Shown: positions 26,576-35,924, counted from the stretch's first letter. The stretch: 42,597 nt of DNA from a candidate division WOR-3 bacterium (GCA_037444665.1 JBBILZ010000019.1:1-42597), one strand, 5' to 3'. Notes: generated by a model from the sequence alone, not told the origin. Made by a program: numbers and translations.

Positions 26576-27129
26576 GATACAGACTGATAAAGGATGAGAT
26601 TGCTTATACTGGCGAACAATTGAGAAGTAATTTTGCTTATACTACTTTTGGCATTGTGGGTGATTCAATAGTTGCTTTTTGTGGTCCCTGTGATGTAAAA
26701 CTAAAGGAGATGGTAGATATTGAAGATTTGAAAGCCGGTAAGGCAATCTATTCTGAGTATATGCTTCATTTCATTGTGGAGCATTATGATACAGATATTG
26801 AGAAGATTATTCTCAAACAACTGATACTTACCTGCATTGTGCGTGATGCAATAAATGAAATCAAAGGAAAACTCATTGTAAAAAGGGTCAATTCAGACTT
26901 ATACGAGGATGATGCGAAAATTACTATTTCTGTAGCAACAGTTTCGCCCCTTTCTTCGCTCATCCATTTTGGTGTAAACATTACTTCAACAAATACGCCA
27001 GTGAAGACCAAAGGTCTGAAAGACTATGATATTGAACCTTATGAATTTGCCAATATGATAATGGACCGTTATACAAAGGAGATAGAAAAGATAAATAATG
27101 TCAGATGCAAGGTAAGATGGGTGCAATGA
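26572..27129 (+). CDS. DUF366 family protein
   Basis: Y.GEQL....AY..FG..GDSIVAF.G.CDV...MVDIED, MLHFIVEH, SVAT, IHFGVN. Confidence 0.85.
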   Translation: MRYRLIKDEIAYTGEQLRSNFAYTTFGIVGDSIVAFCGPCDVKLKEMVDIEDLKAGKAIYSEYMLHFIVEHYDTDIEKIILKQLILTCIVRDAINEIKGKLIVKRVNSDLYEDDAKITISVATVSPLSSLIHFGVNITSTNTPVKTKGLKDYDIEPYEFANMIMDRYTKEIEKINNVRCKVRWVQ

Positions 27130-27271
27130 AAAGGTTTACGGCTATGGTTAAAGGTCATCGCCCTTTGTATCATAAAATATCTTTGTCATTCGTTTTAAAA
27201 ACAGTGAACCATTGACTGATGACGAAACGGACATCGTAACCTTACAACTGATTACGAACAACTAAAAATAT

Positions 27272-27955
27272 ATGGCTGGTTATTTAAGAGAAATCTTTAC
27301 TTCAATCCAGGGCGAAGGTATTCGTGTAGGGCAGAGAATGACCTTTGTCAGATTTTTAGGTTGTAATCTTTCCTGTAATTACTGTGATGTTCCTGAGTGC
27401 CAAAAAAAGGAAGGTCCATTTATTTATAATCATAAGACATTTAATAATCCAGTGGAAATCAGTTTTGTCATTGATAAGATTACTGAAAAGATTGTAGCAA
27501 TGACTGGTGGTGAACCCCTGCTTCAGCCACTATTTTTATTGCAGTTGTGCGAAGATTTAAAGAAACAAGGGAAGATAATTTACCTGGAAACCAATGGCAC
27601 ACTGCCCGGTGCACTTGAAATGGTTTTAAAACATATTGATATTATTGCCCTTGATTTTAAAATTCCTACTGCAACCGGTCGCCCCGGGATGTGGAAAAAA
27701 CATGAAGAGATACTCCGTATTGCAAGTAAAAAAGATATTTTTGTAAAAATGGTGATAAACGAGAATCTTATTCCCAGAGAACTTGATATGGTGCTTTCAA
27801 TAATTGAAAAGATTGATAGAAATATTCCGCTAATTATTCAACCCGTATTTGGTAGAACAATCCCCAATCTGCTTGATCTCCAGAAAAAGGCACTCCAGAG
27901 ATTGAATGATGTGCGGATTATTCCACAGGTACATAAATATTTACACATGGAATAA
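27272..27955 (+). CDS. queE: 7-carboxy-7-deazaguanine synthase (radical SAM)
   Basis: EIFTSIQGEG, FVRF.GCNLSCNYCD, TGGEP, ETNG, PQVHK. Confidence 0.9.
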   Translation: MAGYLREIFTSIQGEGIRVGQRMTFVRFLGCNLSCNYCDVPECQKKEGPFIYNHKTFNNPVEISFVIDKITEKIVAMTGGEPLLQPLFLLQLCEDLKKQGKIIYLETNGTLPGALEMVLKHIDIIALDFKIPTATGRPGMWKKHEEILRIASKKDIFVKMVINENLIPRELDMVLSIIEKIDRNIPLIIQPVFGRTIPNLLDLQKKALQRLNDVRIIPQVHKYLHME

Positions 27956-27996
27956 AGACAAAATATAGGCATTAACCCCGCATTATTGATAATCAC

Positions 27997-28229
27997 TGTT
28001 ATTGCGAGTAATCTCATCACTTTCCTGTCATTGCGAGCCTCGCCCATTATCAATGGGCGGGGCGAAGCAATCCCTACCACTTCTGTCATTGCGAGTTCCG
28101 TCTTTGACGGAACGAAGCAATCTCATATTTTGAAATCAAAATGAAAAACAAGCAATATTATCTTTACCTTATGAGATTGCCACGCTCACTATGTTCGCTC
28201 GCAATGACAAAAATGAAAAAAACAGAGTG
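27997..28229 (+). mobile_element. Cluster of four GTCATTGCGAG...GCAATC palindromic units around a GIY-YIG-like remnant
   Basis: Units at 27997-28015, 28026-28074 and 28084-28124, an inverted unit at 28173-28209, and the [11 protein letters not shown] remnant at 28141-28173. Confidence 0.75.
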
Positions 28230-28243
28230 CCAAAGGAAATTTT

Positions 28244-29428
28244 CTATGCTATACCAATTTCTTTGTGTTTTGCAAAAATATCATCTGCCAGTCTTTCCAG
28301 TGATTGGAAATCTTTTTCTTTGGGATATCCCTGAGCAATGACCGGTGCTACGATTTCAACTTTAAGATTAGGAATCAGACCCTGCAGGGTTTCCGGCATC
28401 TTTCCTCCCCAGGAATAAGAACCAATAATTGAGATAAATCTTGTTTTTGGTCTCAGGGCATTGACGAGATATGTAGCATATACTGCAGCAGGGTGCGGAC
28501 CAGTGAGCACTGTTGGCGTGCCAATGACAATGGTTGCTGTATCAACGAGTGCCATTGCCAATTCTCCAATATCAGTCTTTGTCAGATTGAATGGTTTGAT
28601 TGTAATACCTCTTTTCATTACTGCATCAATAAAATATTCTGCCATTTTTTCTACACTGCCGTGCATAGAGACATAGGCAAAAACAACCTCATTTTTTACA
28701 TTATCACTTGTCCAGTCTTTATATGCATTAATAATAAAATTAGGTTTATTGTAGATTGGTCCGTGGCTTGGAGCAATTATCTCAATGTTAAATTCTTTTA
28801 ATCGCTCAAGATGTTTCTGGATATTCTTTCTAAAGGGCATCATAATCTCAGCATAATATCTTTTTGCGGACTCATAGACCTTGGCTTCATCTGTTGCATA
28901 TAAATCACTTGTGGCAAGGTGTGAGCCAAAAAAATCGCAGGGGAATAGAATCCGCTCTTCTTTTAGATAAGTTAACATTGTTTCGGGCCAGTGGACCCAG
29001 GGTGCAAAGATGAACTGGAGTGTGCGGTTGCCAAGAGAAACTGTATCATTGTCTTTTACTTCAATAAATTTATCTTCAGGGATGAGTAACAAATCCATCA
29101 GCATTCCTTTACATTTGGAATTTGTAACAACCTTTGCCATAGGATAGCTATTTAACACTTTTGGTATTCCACCGGAATGGTCTTGTTCTGCATGATGAGA
29201 AATGACATAATCAATCTTTTTAATACCGAGTTTATTTAAATTTTCAATCAACTCATTCTCTTTTGCTGGGTCAACCGCATCTATGAGTGCAGTTTTTTCG
29301 TTTCCTATGATTAGATACGAATTATAACTTGTGCCATCAGGCAGAGGGATCAACTCATCAAAGAGTCTTCTATCCCAGTGATTTGTGCCTACTACATAAA
29401 TTTTTTCTTTAATTTCTCTGATGTGCAT
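28244..29428 (-). CDS. fprA: FprA-type flavodiiron protein
   Basis: GTSYNSYL, HHAEQDH, WVHWPETM, DFFGSH, PSHG, then a flavodoxin domain (SMHGS, GSYSWGG). Confidence 0.93.
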   Translation of the reverse strand: MHIREIKEKIYVVGTNHWDRRLFDELIPLPDGTSYNSYLIIGNEKTALIDAVDPAKENELIENLNKLGIKKIDYVISHHAEQDHSGGIPKVLNSYPMAKVVTNSKCKGMLMDLLLIPEDKFIEVKDNDTVSLGNRTLQFIFAPWVHWPETMLTYLKEERILFPCDFFGSHLATSDLYATDEAKVYESAKRYYAEIMMPFRKNIQKHLERLKEFNIEIIAPSHGPIYNKPNFIINAYKDWTSDNVKNEVVFAYVSMHGSVEKMAEYFIDAVMKRGITIKPFNLTKTDIGELAMALVDTATIVIGTPTVLTGPHPAAVYATYLVNALRPKTRFISIIGSYSWGGKMPETLQGLIPNLKVEIVAPVIAQGYPKEKDFQSLERLADDIFAKHKEIGIA

Positions 29429-29460
29429 AAAACCTCCAAAATTTTTATTAAAGTCTTGTT

Positions 29461-29973
29461 CTACTTGTCACTAATATAGGTGGTGGCAGTCTTTGGAACT
29501 TTTAATTTCAATTCTTTATGATAATAATCATAAGTGAGTGGTTCCAGACTTTCATTTATTATTTCTGCATCAACAACCCTGCCAATAAACATTGTATGGG
29601 TACCACAGTCCAGCGAACCTATGACTTCGCATTCAATATAGCCGATTGTATTTTCAAGAATTAATGGTGCTCCAGTCTTTCCAATTTTATAATTGACTCC
29701 TTTGAATTTGTCCAATTCACGTCCTGATTTAAATCCGAATTGACCAATAAATTTGGGTGGTGTATCTTTTGAAAGTATTGCAATAGAAAAGACTCTACTC
29801 GTTTCAATGTATTGATGTGTTAGATTTTGTTTATTGACCGAAATTCCCATCTGGGGTGGTTCAGCAGTGATCTGGAATACTGTATTAACAATCTGACCAT
29901 TAATTTTATCGTCCTTTTTTGAACTTACGATATAGATACCATAGGAAACTTTGTGTAATGTTTTTATATTCAT
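29461..29973 (-). CDS. Flavin reductase family protein
   Basis: SYGIYIV, NG.I.NTVFQITAEP, NK.NLTH, FGFKSGR..DKF, GTHTMF. Confidence 0.9.
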   Translation of the reverse strand: MNIKTLHKVSYGIYIVSSKKDDKINGQIVNTVFQITAEPPQMGISVNKQNLTHQYIETSRVFSIAILSKDTPPKFIGQFGFKSGRELDKFKGVNYKIGKTGAPLILENTIGYIECEVIGSLDCGTHTMFIGRVVDAEIINESLEPLTYDYYHKELKLKVPKTATTYISDK

Positions 29974-30290
29974 AAAACTTTCTCAATATGTTTAATCAAT
30001 TCCTCTTTTGGAACGACCCCGATTATTTCATCCACAACTTTGCCCTGTTTGAATATTTTCATATTAGGGATAGACATAATCTTATATTCTAAGGTCTTAC
30101 TTGGATTTTCATCCACATTTATCTTTGCGACCTTCAATTTCCCTTCATATTCATCAGCAATTTCATCTATGGTTGGTGCCATCATCCGGCAGGGACCACA
30201 CCAGGCTGCCCAGAAATCTACCAGAACCGGCGTTGTAGAATTTTTTACTTCCTGGTCAAAATTTTCATCAGTTAAATGTATTACTGGCAT
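29970..30290 (-). CDS. trxA: Thioredoxin
   Basis: VDFWAAWCGPC; AGGAGG RBS. Confidence 0.96.
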   Translation of the reverse strand: MPVIHLTDENFDQEVKNSTTPVLVDFWAAWCGPCRMMAPTIDEIADEYEGKLKVAKINVDENPSKTLEYKIMSIPNMKIFKQGKVVDEIIGVVPKEELIKHIEKVL

Positions 30291-30344
30291 AATGCCTCCT
30301 TACAAATCCCATTCAGTCAATTACCATTCACCAATTTAATCAAT

Positions 30345-30569
30345 TTAAAATACTTGCTCTACTGCTTTTACTTCTGGTATCGCGTCTTTGAGCCTCTTTT
30401 CAATCGCCATTTTAAGAGTAAGCATACTCATTGGACAGCCACCGCAGGCACCAGTAAGTTTTACCTTAACAATACCATCGTTACTGACCTCAACAAGCTC
30501 TACATCACCACCATCCATCTGTAGATTAGGTCTTATTTCGGCAAGTATCTTTTCCACCTTTTCTTTCAT
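30345..30569 (-). CDS. NifU-like (Nfu domain) Fe-S cluster carrier
   Basis: [25 protein letters not shown]. Confidence 0.93.
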   Translation of the reverse strand: MKEKVEKILAEIRPNLQMDGGDVELVEVSNDGIVKVKLTGACGGCPMSMLTLKMAIEKRLKDAIPEVKAVEQVF

Positions 30570-30639
30570 AAATAACCCCCTTTAAATTATCTGGCATACC
30601 ATATTTAGATGCCAGGATTTTAAATAATGTTTATTATCA

Positions 30640-30667
30640 ATGATACCAAGAAATTTCGCAAAGTCAA
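30640..30667 (-). promoter_or_regulatory. Promoter for the nfu-trxA-flavin reductase-fprA operon
   Basis: Minus strand TTGACT-16 bp-TATCAT with TGn. Confidence 0.6.
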
Positions 30668-30682
30668 GGGATAGAAAAGCAG

Positions 30683-30843
30683 ACTACTCCCCACTTTTTC
30701 CTCCCCCTTCAAGGGGGAGGGCAAGGGTGGGGGTATTGCACATTGTTTCTACAAAAACATAAGAATTTTTCCACCCTCCCCTTTATCCCCTCCCATCAAG
30801 GAAGGGGATAAAGGACTAACTTTTGTAAAAAGTGGAGAGTAGT
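30683..30843. mobile_element. MITE-like element containing two C/G-rich palindromes
   Basis: 17-bp terminal inverted repeats with 1 mismatch (ACTACTCCCCACTTTTT / AAAAAGTGGAGAGTAGT), flanked by CAG on both sides. Confidence 0.7.
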
Positions 30844-30901
30844 CAGATTGAAAAGCAGATGATGAGTCAGCAAAGTAGAGAGGTGGCAGGTTCAAATTCT
30901 C

Positions 30902-30929
30902 TTGACTTGGATAGAAAATTAGGGATAAT
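30902..30929 (+). promoter_or_regulatory. Sigma70-type promoter
   Basis: TTGACT-16 bp-GATAAT. Confidence 0.55.
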
Positions 30930-30971
30930 TTATAGACTGATTAATCACTTTGCCTGTATGGACAGGCAATA

Positions 30972-31111
30972 GGTTAGCCATTCTAAAAAATGGAATTAAA
31001 TCAATGTAGTTGCCCAATTTCCCGAAGGGACTCTCGTCCCATCGGGACGGAGCATTGGGCTCTTTCTGGTGCTTGATAAATCAAGCAACTACAATTTCAG
31101 GATGGCTAAAC
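30972..31111. repeat. REPIN-like GTAG REP doublet with outer inverted arms and an insertion in one loop
   Basis: GGTTAGCCATTCT...AGGATGGCTAAAC arms; TGTAGTTGCCCAATTT[33 bp]ATTGGGC and GCTTGATAAATCAAGCAACTACA. Confidence 0.75.
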
Positions 31112-31148
31112 TGTTACGGCAATAAGAATTGGTGAAAGGAGGTTGCAA

Positions 31149-31703
31149 ATGCCTGCACAAAAGATTGAAGTGCCTGTTTCACGGGCAAACAGGCTGGTCA
31201 ACTCAGGGAATGTAATTCTTGTAACATCCTGTTATAAAGATAAAAAAAGTATTATTACCATTGCCTGGCACAGTCCGATCTCTATTAAACCACCTGCCTT
31301 AGGCATTGCAGTAGGAAAAGAACGTTTCTCTGCAGAATTGATTAAAAATTCTAAAGAGTTCATTGTTAATATTCCTGCCTGGGATATATTAGACCAGATG
31401 CTCTATTGCGGAACATATTCAGGCAGGGATGTTGATAAATTTAAAGAAACAGGGCTCACTCCACAGAAGGCAGAGAAATTGATAAATACACCGAAAATAA
31501 AAGAATGCATTGGAGCGATTGAATGTTCAGTAATAGACTCCATAGAAGTTGGTGACCACATTATGTTCTTTGGTGAAGTGCTTTATGCTGAGGCAGAGGA
31601 AGATTTATTTAAGGACGGTGTCTGGGATACAAATAGGGCAGAATTGATATACCATCTTGGTGGAAGCTGTTTTATGAAGTCTTCAGAGATTCATCGGGTG
31701 TAG
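31149..31703 (+). CDS. Flavin reductase family (flavoredoxin-like) protein
   Basis: VILVTS, AWH.P.S..PP, EFIVN, CG..SGRDVDKF, EC, GDH; AGGAGG RBS. Confidence 0.88.
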   Translation: MPAQKIEVPVSRANRLVNSGNVILVTSCYKDKKSIITIAWHSPISIKPPALGIAVGKERFSAELIKNSKEFIVNIPAWDILDQMLYCGTYSGRDVDKFKETGLTPQKAEKLINTPKIKECIGAIECSVIDSIEVGDHIMFFGEVLYAEAEEDLFKDGVWDTNRAELIYHLGGSCFMKSSEIHRV

Positions 31704-31755
31704 TAGGTCGCTATATGCCAGTATGCTGTAATATACCCTTTATAATTGGCTTAGA

Positions 31756-32481
31756 ATGAAACTGATTTATACCACACTGTGGATTTTATTGATGGTAATG
31801 AATGGCACTGCAAATGAAACTGACCGTGTCAGTGAGGCAAGAAAAGAACATCAACCCGAGATTGATTCGCTGTTTGATAGTCTGGGCATAGAGTATCCAC
31901 CAGAACGGGTCTTGATTACTGCCTATAAAAAGGAGCAGATTCTTCAATTATGGGCAAAATCAAAAGATGATAGTATTTTTTCGTTCTTAAGGGAATACAA
32001 ATTTACTGCTTATTGTGGCGCATTAGGACCAAAACGCAAAAGGGGTGACCTGCAGATTCCAGAAGGGTTTTATCATATCAATTGTTTTAATCCTCGTTCC
32101 AGGTTCCATCTTGCAATGGGCATAAATTATCCAAATGCATCAGATAGAATACTTGGAAGTAAAAGAGACCCTGGTGGTGATATTGCTATTCATGGCTCGG
32201 CAGTAACCATAGGTTGTATCCCTATTGGTGATGAAGCAATAGAAGAACTTTATATTATTTGCTATGATACAAAATTTAGAAATCAAACAAAGATACCTGT
32301 CTATATCTTTCCCTGTAAGATAGATAGTGCCAATATGGTTATGCTCAAACAATTTGCAGGAGAGGATACAACATTACTTAAATTCTGGAATAACCTTAAA
32401 CAGGGCTATGATATTTTTATGAAGCAAAAAAATCCGCTCAAATTTTATGTCAACCGTAAAGGTAAATATATTTATGAATGA
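31756..32481 (+). CDS. YkuD / L,D-transpeptidase family protein (YafK/DpaA-like)
   Basis: Signal peptide; GPK...GD.Q.PEGFY, NPRSRFHL...INYPN.SD, IHG...TIGC. Confidence 0.88.
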   Translation: MKLIYTTLWILLMVMNGTANETDRVSEARKEHQPEIDSLFDSLGIEYPPERVLITAYKKEQILQLWAKSKDDSIFSFLREYKFTAYCGALGPKRKRGDLQIPEGFYHINCFNPRSRFHLAMGINYPNASDRILGSKRDPGGDIAIHGSAVTIGCIPIGDEAIEELYIICYDTKFRNQTKIPVYIFPCKIDSANMVMLKQFAGEDTTLLKFWNNLKQGYDIFMKQKNPLKFYVNRKGKYIYE

Positions 32482-32603
32482 TTTTAATTCAGATTCAAAC
32501 AGATTGGACGGATTCAAATTATTTTTGGTAATGGTTTATAGTTATTGGGCATGGATGCTGGTATGGTCATAGGGCATGGTTTATGGTCAGAAAAAAAATA
32601 CGC

Positions 32604-32648
32604 GGCTAAAGTCGCTGTTAGGTTTTTATTGCCCACTTTAGCCTTTTT
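32604..32648 (+). terminator. Possible intrinsic terminator
   Basis: GGCTAAAGT...ACTTTAGCC stem followed by TTTTT; loop unusually long. Confidence 0.4.
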
Positions 32649-32746
32649 GAGTCATATTTCGACCTCTGCATACGATACGGGCTTCGTCCCAGTTCAACGA
32701 TTAACGATTTTTTCAGGGGCATTTATTTTGCTAAAAAGGGGGTCTT

Positions 32747-34309
32747 ATGCTATTATTGCTTTTTTTGTGTAGTATCACTGTTGATTCAAAGATTGATTCA
32801 GTAGTAATCTACAGTGATAGGGTAATGGTTTCAAGGATTGCCAGTATCTATCTTGAACGGGCTACGGATTTGGTATTTGCAGATCTGCCCGGCAGTCTTG
32901 ATGACCAATCTGTGAAGATAAAGGCGACTGGTCTTGTGGTCGGCGAGGTCCAGATACAGAAAGGATATATGGCGTATCCACACCCGAGATTAAAAGAACT
33001 TGAAGAGAAGATTAAATTTCTTGAAAAAAAGGACCGTGCACTTTCTGATGAACTAACAGTAATGAAAGAAAAAGAGAAGTTCTTGCAGACAATTTCGGTC
33101 GGAGCACCGGATGTGATATCAAAAGAAGTCTATACCGGAAAGATTACTCCCCTTGCCTGGAAACAGGGTCTGGAGTTTATGGTAAATGGATTACTTGGCG
33201 CAAAGGCGCGCATAGCCCAGATAGAAGAGGAGCGTAAAGAATTGGTTACTGAGTTAGATACCCTGAGAGCGAAACTGAGCGATACAAAGGCATTGATACA
33301 AAACAGAAAGTCAATAAAATTTGATGTTCACCCTGAAAAATCAGGAAATTACAATATAGAATTGAATTATATTTTATATGGTGTAACCTGGCGAACCCAC
33401 TATGAATTAAGGGCAAACCCTTCAGAAGGAAGGATTCGTATCACCTATTCTGGGAAAATAAGCCAGCGCACTGGCGAAGACTGGGAAAATACAAAGATTG
33501 TTCTTTCTACAGGTAAACCTGCGCTTGGTGGTCCTGCACCAACCGTTGAACCCTGGTATATTTATTCGTATAGATATGAGAGAGAAAAAAGTTTACCACC
33601 GGCACCAGCAGCTACAGCCATGGAAGTCACTGCTGAAAAGTTAACTGTGATAACAGAACAGAGAGGAGCCCCACCAGTAGAGACCGGTATTGCGGTCTGG
33701 TATCCTCTACCCGGTAGATACACGATAAAGACTGGAGAACCAGAAAAGAAAGTGCAGATTTATGAGTCAGATTTTGATGCGGGTTTTGAATATCTAATAA
33801 TTCCGAGATTAACAGAACTCGCCTACTCAACTGGTAAATTTCAGAATAAGTCTGAGTATCTCTTTCTTGCTGGTGATGCAGGCACTTATGTAGGTGATGA
33901 TTATACAGGAAAGACATATTTATCCAATCTTGCACCTGATGATTCTGCTACTGTATCATTTGGTGTGGACGAGATGATAAAAGTGAGCAGGGAACTCAAA
34001 AAATCAAAGGTCTCTCGCGGAGGTCTTTTCAAAAAGGTTAAGAAACACGAATTGGTTTATGAAAACTCTATTAAAAATTTTCGGAACAAAGAGATTACCT
34101 GCACTATCATTGACCAGGTGCCAGTATCACAGGAGCCGGATATAAAGGTTTCAGATATTAAGTTTGAGCCAAAACCCAATGAAGAAGACAAGGACCGGGG
34201 CATTTATTACTGGAAGATAACTATTAAACCAGGAGGTTCATTTAAGATTACTACATCATTTTCTGTTGAGGCGCCAGAGACATCAAATGTGGAGGAAATG
34301 CTTTATTAG
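32747..34309 (+). CDS. DUF4140/DUF4139 (MuiA-like) protein, paralog 1
   Basis: I..V.IY.DR..V.R, LP..LD..S, coiled coil, Q.TGEDW....LST, FGVD, DQ.PVS. Confidence 0.88.
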   Translation: MLLLLFLCSITVDSKIDSVVIYSDRVMVSRIASIYLERATDLVFADLPGSLDDQSVKIKATGLVVGEVQIQKGYMAYPHPRLKELEEKIKFLEKKDRALSDELTVMKEKEKFLQTISVGAPDVISKEVYTGKITPLAWKQGLEFMVNGLLGAKARIAQIEEERKELVTELDTLRAKLSDTKALIQNRKSIKFDVHPEKSGNYNIELNYILYGVTWRTHYELRANPSEGRIRITYSGKISQRTGEDWENTKIVLSTGKPALGGPAPTVEPWYIYSYRYEREKSLPPAPAATAMEVTAEKLTVITEQRGAPPVETGIAVWYPLPGRYTIKTGEPEKKVQIYESDFDAGFEYLIIPRLTELAYSTGKFQNKSEYLFLAGDAGTYVGDDYTGKTYLSNLAPDDSATVSFGVDEMIKVSRELKKSKVSRGGLFKKVKKHELVYENSIKNFRNKEITCTIIDQVPVSQEPDIKVSDIKFEPKPNEEDKDRGIYYWKITIKPGGSFKITTSFSVEAPETSNVEEMLY

Positions 34310-34376
34310 ATATATCTTTATAGGCAATTGTTGACACAATTGAAAATTTATAGATAATGATTAATAAGGAGGTCTT

Positions 34377-35924
34377 ATGTCAATGATGGAAGTTGAGCCG
34401 AAAATTGATACCGTGATAGTTTATCCAGACCGTGTGCAGATAATAAAGGTCTGTGAAATTGAGTTGAATGAGCCATCAGATATAGTGATCCCTAATCTTC
34501 CTGGTGCTCTTGATGATGAATCAGTAAGGGTAAAGGCAAAAAACATAAAAATTGGAGAAGTACAGGTTAAACCTGGTTATAAAAAAGAATTATCTGAGAG
34601 GGTGAAAGAACTTGAAAACAAACTAAAAAAACTTGAGATTGAAGACCGGGTATTGATAGATGAGAGTGCGGTCTTACAGGAAAAGGCAAAATATTTAGGA
34701 ACAATATCGGTCAGCAGTCCTCAGACAATTTCAAAAGAACTTTTCACGGGCAGTATTTCTCCCGATGCCTGGCGTGCTGGTTTGAATTTTATTGGTGATG
34801 AAATGCTCAATATTAAAAATCGGCTTGCAGAGATTGAGCGTTTGCGTGCCAAACTCAGGGAGTCAATGGATGTAATAAAAAGGGAGTTTAAGGATATCCA
34901 GGCAGTATCGCAGAACAAAAAGACAGTTGTTTTTGATGCAACACCCCACACATCTGGTAAGACTGTGTTAGAAATAAGTTATGTGGTCTATGGTGCCAGC
35001 TGGTCCACATATTACGAATTAAGGGCTAATCCAGCTGAATCAAAGATTGAACTATCTTATTTTGCAAAGATTGAACAACGGACTGGTGAAGATTGGAAAG
35101 ACACAAAGATTATTCTCTCTACTGCACAACCTGCACTGGGTGGCACTGCACCTGAACCACAACCCTGGTATATAAATCTCTATGTTCCAGAACCTGTGGC
35201 AAGGGCAAAAAAGGCTATGCCCGCTGAAGCAATGGCATCATCTTCTGCAGCGGATATGGAAGCAAGGGAAGGAATTTATGAACCCGCACCGCCGGTTGAG
35301 ACCGGCATTGCAGTTAACTACCCATTATCAGGAAAGTATACAATAAAGAGTGGTGAACCAGCAAAAAAAGTAAAGATTTGTGATGTATCACTGGAAGCAG
35401 AATTTGAATATTTTATCATACCGAGAATCACTGAATTTGCATATCTAAATGGTGGAGCCAGAAATTCAAGTTCTTATCTGTTCCTTGGTGGTGAAGCCAA
35501 TACTTATGTTGGCGATGACCTTACAGGCAGGGTCTATCTGAATACTATTGCACCCGGGGAAAAAATTGTTTTTTCCTTTGGCATTGATGAACATATAAAA
35601 GTAGAAAGGAAGCAGAAAAAATCACATATAGAAAAGAGTGGACTCGTCAGGAAAACAATAAAATATGAATTTGTATACGAGAATATTATAAAGAACTTTC
35701 ACAAAAAAGGAATTAAATATACAATCGTTGACCAGTTACCTGTGCCACAGAGTCCAGAACTTAAGATTCAGGACATTAATTTTGAACCAGAGCCATCAGA
35801 ACAGGAGAAGGAACTGGGAATATATCGCTGGAAGGGTATGCTTGATACTGAGAAAGAGATTAAGATTATTGTCTCTTTCACAGTTGAATCACCTGAAGGC
35901 ACAAAAATACAAGGACTGTTCTGA
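34377..35924 (+). CDS. DUF4140/DUF4139 (MuiA-like) protein, paralog 2
   Basis: Same motif series, collinear with paralog 1; own promoter TTGACA(34331)-16-GATAAT and AGGAGG RBS. Confidence 0.88.
   Translation: MSMMEVEPKIDTVIVYPDRVQIIKVCEIELNEPSDIVIPNLPGALDDESVRVKAKNIKIGEVQVKPGYKKELSERVKELENKLKKLEIEDRVLIDESAVLQEKAKYLGTISVSSPQTISKELFTGSISPDAWRAGLNFIGDEMLNIKNRLAEIERLRAKLRESMDVIKREFKDIQAVSQNKKTVVFDATPHTSGKTVLEISYVVYGASWSTYYELRANPAESKIELSYFAKIEQRTGEDWKDTKIILSTAQPALGGTAPEPQPWYINLYVPEPVARAKKAMPAEAMASSSAADMEAREGIYEPAPPVETGIAVNYPLSGKYTIKSGEPAKKVKICDVSLEAEFEYFIIPRITEFAYLNGGARNSSSYLFLGGEANTYVGDDLTGRVYLNTIAPGEKIVFSFGIDEHIKVERKQKKSHIEKSGLVRKTIKYEFVYENIIKNFHKKGIKYTIVDQLPVPQSPELKIQDINFEPEPSEQEKELGIYRWKGMLDTEKEIKIIVSFTVESPEGTKIQGLF

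Noticed and set aside
27150..27182. Possible preQ1 riboswitch upstream of queE (AAAGG...CCTTT plus an A-rich tail)
   Set aside because: The loop is too short and lacks the preQ1-I conserved loop and tail pattern.
27212..27245. CTGATGA-C-GAAAC resembling a hammerhead ribozyme core
   Set aside because: Only one nucleotide where stem II should be, and no stem I pairing around the putative cleavage site.
27997..28209. CRISPR-like repeat-spacer appearance
   Set aside because: Units vary in length, the inserts are self-complementary hairpins, one unit is inverted and no cas genes are present; better explained as REPs.
28141..28341. 66-aa ORF as a real gene
   Set aside because: Only the first 11 codons look genic; the rest is REP translation (RLPRSLCSLAMT) and antisense overlap with fprA.
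30622..30645. Fur/PerR-like box upstream of the nfu-trxA-fprA operon
   Set aside because: GATAAT/ATTAT half-sites are present but the spacing does not fit 7-1-7 and the region is very AT-rich.
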